64,000 nucleotides of DNA, from assembly GCA_004431415.1 (NCBI GenBank), contig QPMI01000524.1:62001-126000 (forward strand), written 5' to 3'. A model generated the notes under the pieces. The model searched no databases, had not been told where the DNA came from, and was given only the letters and a program-made list of their open reading frames with translations. How positions within the stretch are numbered: position 1 is the stretch's first letter; each line of letters starts with the position of its first letter. Below are positions 48,544 through 58,105 of the stretch, in pieces. The stretch comes from Cyanophora paradoxa CCMP329 (taxonomy: Eukaryota > Plantae > Glaucophyta). A program made the position numbers and the translations under genes.

Positions 48544-49023
48544 CCGTAGCTGACCGCCCCTCGCAGTGCTAGGAGCGAGACCCGCGAGGGCGAGGGCGAG
48601 GGCTCGGGCGTGCGGGGGAGGGGCTCGGCGCGCAGCGTTTCGGCCTCGATCGCGGTAAGCGCCCGCACGGCTGGCGCCGGGCCGTGGCTGATCGCCTCTC
48701 GCAGTGCTAGGAGCGAGACCCGCGAGGCGAGGGCGAGGGCTCGGGCGCGCCGGGGGGGCCTCGGCGCGCAGCGTTTCGGCCTCGATCGCGGTGAGCGCCC
48801 GCACGGTGGGCGCCGGCGCGCCCGAGCCCTCGCCCTCGCCCCCGCGGGTCTCGCTCCTAGCACTGCGAGAGGCGGTCAGCTACGGCCCGGCGCCAGCCGT
48901 GCGGGCGCTCACCGCGATCGAGGCCGAAACGCTGCGCGCCGAGCCCCTCCCCCGCATGCCCGAACCCTCGCCCTCGCCCTCGCGGGTCTCGCTCCTAGCA
49001 CTGCGAGAGGCGGTCAGCTACGG
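48544..49023. repeat. ~210-bp inverted repeat built from 138-bp monomers at the LINE 5' end
   Basis: Arms at 48544-48753 and 48813-49023. Monomer anchor TCGCAGTGCTAGGAGCGAGACC at 48561 and 48699. A degenerate copy lies at ~48006-48067. Confidence 0.9.
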
Positions 49024-49037
49024 ACCGTCGGACCACA
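49020..49037. repeat. Right target-site duplication of the LINE
   Basis: ACGGACCGTCGGACCACA, identical to 33411-33428. Confidence 0.93.
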
Positions 49038-49129
49038 GATCTCTAGCTCTCGCTGCTCGTGATCGATATCCTCGATCGCGATACCAGTAACGTTAACGTA
49101 CTACGGAACCGCTGAGCGCCGAATATCAG

Positions 49130-51435
49130 TAACGTACTTCGTGAAATGGGCATCTTGTCGGATATCAAGAGTGCTGTGGTGCAGTCCAACTTGTACGGTT
49201 TCAGCAGCACCGATTGCTCCGGATCCAAGGTTTATTCGAAGTCGTTCGACCGTTATCTGGGGTCAAGCGACAAGCAAACTGTCTGCTCGTCGACCGGCGT
49301 GCAATCCTATTCCGCGGACAATCCGACCTTCGCCTTTGGCAGCAATTGGTCCTGCGCGCCATGGTTCGTATGTAGAAGTATACGTATACGCGTACGTATA
49401 CGTATATATATACGCACATGCATATATATGCACACATGGATATCCGATGATCGATGCATAGGCCTGCGCATACGTATATATACCTGATGACGTCGACACC
49501 GTTCAAATTCATGCGATAATATCGGCTTTAATTCTGATACATACCCTTCTGACGCGTTTGTACACGCAGCAAGCAAACCTATGGATATCCATTCACGGAC
49601 AAGGGCTGCAGCGAGGCTGTCATCGGTACATACGGCAATAGCGGCGCGCTCCCAGCCGGTGCGACATCGATATTATGATATGTATAGCTATATAGTGTCA
49701 ATATTTTCGTGCCTGGCCATGCTAATGTGCACCTGGCCGGATCCGGAGTCGTCAATTCTAGCTCTAACGTGCACGTGCGCATGTGCCACGGTGCATGGTG
49801 CAGTTGTGCAACAGAACGGCGGAGACATCGCCGAATTGATTATCGAAACCTGTCAGCAATACGACCCCATCTACTGTTCCAAGGAAGCCGATTACTTCAA
49901 ACTTGAGCCTGGTATCAAAGGTGCACGCATTTCTGTCGCCTTGTGATGCATATGAATAGTCATCACGAAATATTATATACTACGATGATATATATCTAAT
50001 CGATGATCATGATCATGCATATGATCTTGCATATGAATAGTCATTATGAGCAAATTGCAAGGCCACCAACACCGCATCGCATGCGCAGGCCTCTCTGGGA
50101 CTACGATGGGCTGCACGCAGTGCCCTCCATACGTCACGGCGACCTACACGGATGCGAGCTGCAACGTTCCCACCGGCAAGATTTATCTCGGCCATACCAT
50201 AAAAGACCTCCCCTCGATTGAAAAGTTCCAGGTACCGTTGTACCCGCACCGAATTTTACTTATATACGTATACCTCGTATAACTAAATGATGATGCAAAT
50301 GAGCACGTGCACAAAATCTAAATATTAATTGACCCTACGCACGCACGAAATTAATAATGTGCACGTGGCATGCGCAGAGTTACTGCACGGAATCGGGAGG
50401 GAATTATTTCAAAGTACACGGCATCGGCACTTACTCAACAGATTGCCTGCCCTGCACGGAATCGTGCGCGCGCCCCTTTCTTCCCCCCCCCTCTTTCCCC
50501 CCGCCCCCCCCCCCCCCCCCCCCCCCCTCCCCCGTCCTGCAGCCTGCAGCTGGCATCCTGCCGCAGCTTTAACCCGCATTATTGACTCTGCGCACAGGGT
50601 CGAGGCTACTGCTTTCGCTGCGGGATCATGGTTCTGGAAGAATGGTGGCATACCAGATCCCACCGCGAGAGGCTGGTACGAGGTGTATGACGAAACGGGG
50701 ACAGCAAGCACCTACCACGACTGGAATTGGTGCACATGCGGTGGATGCATGCTCAAATGCACTGTATCTCAAATAATACGTATTACTAAGTTAGCTGTAG
50801 TCGCGATTGCAGCGCTAGAATCAATATCCGTCCGTAACCGCAACTTAAATTAACCTGAACACCAACTCAAATTAAACTCAACACCGCGGCAGGGTTTTGT
50901 CCAAAGGATTCACGAGTGGATTCAACGTCACAGGGGTGCGATCCACGGAGGGCGGTCCGATTACTATCACGAAGCGGGCCTTCTCGGAGCCCAACAATGT
51001 CGGAGTGGAGTGGGACGCGGTCAACGACACGCTCTACGATGTCTCGACGGCGGAGGTGCACGCGCTCGCATTCAATGATTTGTATATTATGAAGTTTGCT
51101 TGTTTTGGGGAGCCGACGCGCCGACTATGGGCTGCAGGAGGATGCAGGCTACTTCGTGACGGAGCTCGAGGAGGACTTTGCGGAGGCCGAAGCGTGCGCG
51201 GAGGCCGTCGGCTCGGACCTCGTGCGTGCGAGTCGTGCCCGCGCGCGTGACCCGCGGCCCTGATTATGATCCCCCCGGCCCCCTGCAGGCTGCACTCGCG
51301 ATCGCCGACGGGTTTGATCTAGGCGCGCGCACGCCGTACGCGTGGACGCTTCGATTCGAACACGAGTTCAATAGATCTAGGGTTTGTAGAAATTCATTCG
51401 ACGATCATGCCATTGACATATGCATGATCACATGA
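49130..51435 (+). CDS. Cys-rich, probably extracellular orphan protein, multi-exon, 5' end unresolved
   Basis: Exons such as NVLREMGILSDIK...NWSCAPW, YGYPFTDKGCSEAV, TYTDASCNVPTGK, SWFWKNGGIPDP, GFNVTGVRS. Bounded by GT/GC-AG introns, some AT-rich. The 3' end is uncertain. Confidence 0.55.
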
Positions 51436-52110
51436 TGATGATCGAGACTGTGCGCTCGCAATTGCGCTGAGGTATATTCCGGTACGACGGTACCGCGGGT
51501 CGCTATCAATGCGTGTGCCACGGTAACGGAGGCCATGGGGGCCGCGGCCGGGGATCGCGTACTTGCACGTCATGATCACACCAACGCGTTTGCAACTGCG
51601 GCGTGGATCATGATCAGCCCTCCCGTGTCTGGCACACCAGGCTCTCAGCTGATCACGAGCAACCATTGCAAGGAATTCAAATGATTTGAAGGTAGCCTAT
51701 AGCTAGTAGAAGACCAATTCATATAGCGCTACAGTACTAGTACCCAGTGCACGTGTGACTAGTGGACGCTGAAATTGAAGTACCGGAAAATCAGAGTTAA
51801 CGTTTGCGCCGGCCACTGCGTCAACGTGCACGCGTGTCGGAAATTACTCGGAATAATTATTCGGAGCACTTCAGCTACGTATACTAGTACATGCGCATCT
51901 CCCTAGCTGTCTCAAAGTCAATCGATTGTCGCATGCGCAAGCACCAATCATCTTAGATTCCGATCGCGCGCTCGAGGCCGCCAGGCCGGGCCCATGCACA
52001 TTAAGCAGCGGTCTGGATCGACATTCGGCCGAGTCGCCGGAGACAGCGGCGGGCAGGCTTGACCTGTCCGGGGAAACGCTCTGTTCCTTTGCTCTTCTCT
52101 GGGGCGAGCT

Positions 52111-55100
52111 TCAGGGCGCCGCCGCGAGGGCCTCCTCGGGCCCGGGGGCGGCCTCCAGCTTAAGGAGGGCCTCGGGGGCGCCCTCACCGGCCCCCTCCCC
52201 CGCCCCCCCCTCCTGCAGCGGCGTGGGACGCTCGTGAGAGGGCAGGTGAGAATTAATTTGAAGAGTGGAAATGCACCGCGGGGGTGACGCGGACGCGCTG
52301 GCCGTCGAGTACCCCCCCGCTGAGGAGCATCCGCGCGAGCGGGTTCAGCAGGTGCCGCTGCATCACCCGCTTCAGCGGCCGCGCCCCGTACGCCTGCGAA
52401 CGAAGCGAACGTGTTAGGGAGAAAGGAGGGGGTACGGGTAAAAATGGGGGTACGGGGTCGAAGCCGGTGTCGGCGAGGAGGGAGCGGGCCTCGGGGGAGA
52501 CCTCCAGCGCGATCTGCGGCGCGGGGTGAGGGGTACAAGCCTTGAGGGGGGGGGGGGGGTGAGGGGGGGCGAGGGGTCCCTCGCCTTGCGGTCTTCCAGC
52601 ATGGCGCGGACCTGCCGGGCCGGGGCTGCGAGTCGGGCAGAGCCGGGGGAGAGGGATGGAGAGGAGAGGGGAGGCCTAGGGCGGCCCGAGGGCCGGGGGC
52701 GCGCTACGCCTAGGGCGCTGGCTGTGGGCTATGCCTGGGCCAGAGAGCAGGCAAAGGTGTTGGGGCGGGGGCGGGGGCGGGCGGTGCGGGCCTCGGCGAG
52801 CTGGAGGTCGACGATGGCGGCCATGTCGCCCCGCGAGAGCCGCTCGAAGAGCACCACCTGCGCCCCCGTCGCCCCCGCCCCCGCCCGGCGCGACCGGGCG
52901 CTCCAGGCGCGGGGGCGGGCCTCGTCGATGCGGTTGATGAACTCGGGCTGGAAGTGGCCCCGCACCTGCCCGCGCCCCCGGAGGCGGCGGGTCAGAGCAG
53001 CAGCGAGGCCGGCGTTGCGCCCGGGGGGAGGGTGGGAGGCCCAGGGCGGGACCCCGCCTCCAGCGCGACGGGGCCCTGCTCTAGGAGCGAACTCTCAGGG
53101 CCTTGGCCTCCTCCTCTCAAGAAGGCCCCAGTCCCCAGCTCGGGGGCCCCGGGGCGGGCGGGCCCCCGTCTCCGGCTAGCTCGAGATCTAGAGCCCCGGG
53201 GCGGGCGGAGGGCGGGCGGGGGGGCGGGCGCACGGCCTCCATGACGGCGGCGCGGGCGCTCCCCGCCGGCTCCCCCTCGGGCAGCGAGGCGAGGTACTCG
53301 GCCCCCAGGTTGCTCGTCATGATGATGATCGTGTTCGAGAAGTCCACGGTGCGCCCCTGCGCGAGGCTGAGGGGGAGCGGCGAGGCGAGCTGGTCGATTG
53401 TGGGTATGGAGGAGGCGTGCCTGGGAGTCCGTCAGGCGGCCGTCGTCGAGGAGCTGGAGGAAGAGGTTCTGCACGTCCCGCGCCGCCTTCTCCACCTCGT
53501 CTAGCAGCACGATCTGGGGGGGAGGGCGGGGGAGGGGGGTCAGGGGCCCGCCCCCCGGGAGAGCTACATGGGGGTTCCCCATAAGAGTTCCCTGTTAGCC
53601 CCGCCGGGACTTTTATCTAGCTCTCCCTATCTATCTATCTTCGGGAGAGTTCAGAGGGGGCGGGAGGGGTCGGCCTTCGCTGGGCACCTGGTAGGGGCGG
53701 CGGCGGACGGACTCCGTGAGGGTCCCGCCCTCCTCGTAGCCGACGTACCCCGGCGGGGCCCCGATGAGCCGCGAGACCGAGAACTGCGGCGCGCCCCGGC
53801 GGGTGAGGTCCCGTCTGGAGCCCGGCGAGTCGGGGCGGGGCCGGCGGCGGCGCGCCTTCTCCATGTACTCGCTCATGTCGATGCGCGTGATTGCGTTCTG
53901 AGACGGCGGGGGCGGGGGGAGCCGCTCAGAGCAAGACGCGTGCGAGGCAGAGCACGGTCGCGAGGGCAAGCTATAGCGCACGGGGGAGTCGAAGAGGAAG
54001 GCGGCGAGGGTCTTGGCGAGCTCCGTCTTGCCGACCCCCGTGGGGCCGAGGAAGAGGAAGGAGCCGAGGGGGCGGTGCGCGCCGTGCAGCCCCGCCCGCG
54101 ACAGCCGCACCACGTTCCTGCGCCCCGCCGGGGGCCCGATCGGAGGGGGGCGGGCGGGCGGGAGGCTTCAGCCGCAGAGGGCGCTCCTTAGAAGGCTAAG
54201 AACGGGGCGGGGCGGGGCGGGGCGGGGGGGGGCGGACGAGACGGCGGCGACGGCGGCGGGCTGGCCGACGACGCGGGCGGCGAGGGCGGCGTCCATCTTG
54301 AGCAGCCGCTCCCGCTCCCCCGCCAGCAGGTTCTGAAGACGCAGGAGGGGTCCCTCAGAGGAGTTCGCCCGGCAAAGCTAGCTGAAGCGGGTGCGGGGGG
54401 GCTGAGGCCGGGGGCGCACAGAAACGGGGACGCCCGTCGCCTTCGAGACGACCTGCCGGCCGAGAGGCGGGGACGAGGACGAGGATGAGGACGAGGACGA
54501 GGCGGAGGCGGGCGGGCGGGCGGAGGCGGAGGAGGAGGGGTAGGCGCGCACGGCGGCGATGTCGTCCTCGTGGACGGCGTCGTGCAGCATCGCGCCGGCC
54601 CCGCCCGCCCCGGCCCCCGGCCCCCTGCGCGGCGAGCGGCGCGTGAGCGGGAAGCGGAGCGAGCTGCAAAGGCGGGCGAGGAGGGCGGGGGTGAGGGTGC
54701 GCGCGCGCTCTTTGGGGACGGAGGCCTCGAGCTTGGGGATGAGGTCGTACTTCAGCTCCGCCGCCCGCTGCAGCTGCCCCGCCCGCCTGCCCCCGCCTCT
54801 CAGAGGGGCGAGGGGGGACGGGGCGGGGCGGGGCCGGGGTGGGGCGCGCGTGGCGGCCTCGAGCTCGCGGCGGGCGTTCTCCAGCTTCACCTTCGCCTCC
54901 TTCGCCCGCCCCAGCCGCTCCCTGCCCGCCCCCGCCCCCGCCACGTCAGGCGGGCCGGGCGACAGCTTCAGCGGCTCGGCTTCCGAGCTTGACGCCTGGC
55001 GGGAGCTTGTGAGGGGGCGGGGGCGCACTTCTCCTCGCTCCAGAGGGAGGTGAGGCGCGCCAGCTCGTCCGACCTCTCCCTGAGCTCCGCCTGCCCCGCC

Positions 55101-57628
55101 CCGTCGCTCTCAGCGCGCGAGGCGGGCGGGGGCGGGGCTCGGGGGCGGGGCGGGGCGGGCCTGGAGCTTGGCGCGGCGCTCGGCGGAGGCGGCGTCCTTC
55201 TCGTTCCGCAGCGCCTCCAGCTCCATCTGGCAGGGGGAGGCCTCAGCGCGGGGGGCGGGGGGGCAGGGGGCGAGGCGCCGGCGGGACGCGGGCCCGGCTC
55301 TATGCCAAGCGCCTCGCCCGGAGACGGATCCGGGGCGGGGTAGCCCCCCGGGGCATGTCCCCCAGGCCCCGAGCAGAGCGGACCTTGAGGGTGATGATGG
55401 AGCGGTCCAGAGCCTCCACCGGCTCCGGCTTGCTCTCCTGCGGGGGTGCGCGATTCAGGGGGGTACGGCGCTGAACGGTTCGGGGGTGCGGGGTCGCGCG
55501 GGCCTGCTGAAGGCGCAGGCGCGAGCAGGCCTCGTCCACCAGGTCGATCGCCTGGGTACGGTATTCGGGTCGTTGGGGGAGGGTGTGGGGGGAGCAGAGG
55601 GGGGGTAGGGGCGCCTTGTCGGGGAGCTTGCGCTCGGTGAGGTACCGCTGAGCGTAGACGGCCGCCGCCACCAGCGCGCCTGGGGGCGGGGGCGGTTAGG
55701 GGGGACGGGGAGCGGAGAAAGGCGCTCCGCACCGTCCTTGATGGCCACGCCGTGGTGCACCTCGTACCGCTCCTTCACTGCGGAGGGGAGCGAGGGTGCT
55801 CGATTCTTGGGGGGGGGAGGAAGACGGGGGTACGGGGCGCTCACGGCCGCGGAGGATGGAGATCGTCTCGGGGACCTGAGGGGGCCACCCTCAGCGCGGG
55901 AGACGGGAGGAGCACGAGTACAAAGAGGGGGGCGGGGGGTGGGGGGTACGGAGGGCTCGGTGACGAGGACGGGCTGGAAGCGCCGCGCGAGCGCCGCGTC
56001 CTTCTCCACGTGCTTCCGGTACTCCGTCAGCCTGCGGCAGGGGGGTACGCCGTTAGGCATTGGCAGGGCTAGAAATAGAATAGAGCGTACGCACGTGGTG
56101 GCGCCGACGAGGTGAAGCTCGCCGCGGGCGAGGGCGGGCTTCAGCAGGTCCGATGCCCCCATGGCCCCCTCCGCAGCCTGGCCGCACGATCAGAGGGAAG
56201 GGCGGAAGAAGGGCGCAGTGCGAACCCCTGCCCCCACGAGGGTGTGGATCTGCGGGCGGGCGGGGTGGGGCGGGGCGTGAGATGCGATGTCGGGAAGGCG
56301 GGGCAGGGCGGAGGCGCGCCTCGTCGATGAACAGGATGAGCTTCGCGCCCAGGGAGCGGGGTACGCGTGCAATCAAGGTGCAGCTGGGGCGGCGGGGTAC
56401 AGGGGTACAAGAACGCCGCACCTTCCCTTGCATGGCCGTGACGTCCCGCAGGACGCCCTTCAGGCGCTCCTCGAACTGGCCTGGGGGTACGTGGATTCAG
56501 GCGCGAGATAAGGGTGGGGTACATGGGAGGCCGGCGGAGCCCACCCCTGAACTTCGCCCCCGCGACGAGCTCGCCTGTGGGCAGAGGGGTAGAAGTCAGC
56601 GGGGGGAGGACTCTTGGGAAGCACATGGTGGGGCGAAGGGTACGCGCCGAGGTCGAGGATGACGACTCTCTTGTTGCGGATCGACTCGGGGACCTCTCCG
56701 TTTACGATGCGCTGCGCGAGTCCTGCGCGCGCGGGGCTCTCCTCAGCGGGGCTCTCATCAGCGGAGGCGGCTTGGAGCGGGGGACGGCGGGTGTTTAGCG
56801 CGCCTTCCACGACCGCCGTCTTGCCTGCGGGGCGCCCGACCGTCAGCAACGAGGCGCGGCGAGGCCGGAGCGCGCGGGCGGGCGGGGTGCGGCCCAGGGC
56901 CGGGCGCACCGACGCCGGGCTCCCCGATCAGGACCGGGTTGTTCTTTGTGCGCCGCGACAGGACCTGAGCGAGCGCGCGCGCGCGCGCGCCCGTCAGCGC
57001 GCGGCCTGGATCGCCGCGGGCGCAGCCGGGCGCGCGCCTGGATCGTGCGCCGGATCTCCTCGTCCCGCCCGATGACGGGATCCAGCTTGCCCGCTTTCGC
57101 CGCCTGAGAGCCGATCCCTGCGCTCAGCGGAGCGAAGCGCGCGGCAGGGCGGGGCGCAGCGGAGCGCAGGGCGAGCCTCCGTCAGGTCGCGGCTGTACTT
57201 TTTGAGGAACTCTCCAATGGGAACGGCCTCTGGTGCGACCCACGGCTCGCTCTGCGGCTGCTGTCCGCCGCCTGGGCCGCCGGGACCCTGCCAGTTCCAC
57301 CGCTTGAAGCTCTGCGCATGGCGCGCCGCCGGGGCCATCCCGAGCTCGTCTCCCACGCGCGCGTACGCGCATCGCCTGTACGCTGCGCGTGCACGAATCG
57401 TCATACCGGTCCAGCGCTCCGGCGCCGAACCAGCGCGGCGGCATGCGTACGTGCAGCTGCTGTGCGGCTGCGGAGGTTCCCTCCGCTAATTCCGCCCATT
57501 GCCCTTGCGCTCTGCATTCCGCCGAAGGTGCGAGACGACGCCGCCGCCCAGCAGAGCGCGAGCGCCGCCGGGGCGGCCCGCCGCGATGCAGCTGCGGCGC
57601 TTGGTATCTTCCGCGCTGCCTGCAGCAT
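52111..57628 (-). CDS. clpB: ClpB/Hsp100 disaggregase without Clp N-domain, organelle-targeted (Hsp78-like), ~35 exons
   Basis: KYSRDLTE|[63 protein letters not shown], coiled-coil M-domain, [41 protein letters not shown]. Arg/Ala/Ser-rich presequence. Confidence 0.95.
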
Positions 57629-58105
57629 CCTCGATCGCTCGTCTGCAGTAGGTTGTTCCAGAAGCCTCGATCGAGGGGTACGTCCAGTCAGGTCTCGTAG
57701 GGTACGTGGAGTTAGCTCAACTTGAGATTACTGGTCCGCTAGCAAACACTTACCCCGAGCTTATTTGAGCTTTGCAACCTGCGCCGGGGGAGCGCGTACG
57801 GAAGTCGGCAGACGTCCTTTTGGAGAACCTTTTTGCCTGAGCCGCCACCGTCAGCCTACAGCTATAGCTACCGGGCGAGGCCACGCTGAAGTTGCCAGGC
57901 GGTTTCGTAGGATTCCCTTCGGACGGTCCCTCTCTCTGCCGAAACTGATCGGCTATTTCTACGAGCGTGTGAGAGCGATCTACGATCGCGTGCTGCTCCC
58001 GAGTCGCCGAAGCCGCAGCTCGCGTCCGTCCCCGTCACGGACAGCCGGGCTCCCATCGTCCCGTCGGGCCTCCGTCAGCACGGAGGCACAATAGTTAGGG
58101 GCAAG

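Larger units (their letters stand above)
33429..49019 (-). mobile_element. ~15.6-kb non-LTR retrotransposon (APE-RT-RNase H-zinc knuckle) with embedded Ulp1-like domains and an inverted 5' end
   Basis: 18-bp TSD and A7 tail. APE, RT, RNase H and CCHC motifs occur in LINE order on one strand with no introns evident. Tandem monomers at the 5' end. Confidence 0.93.
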
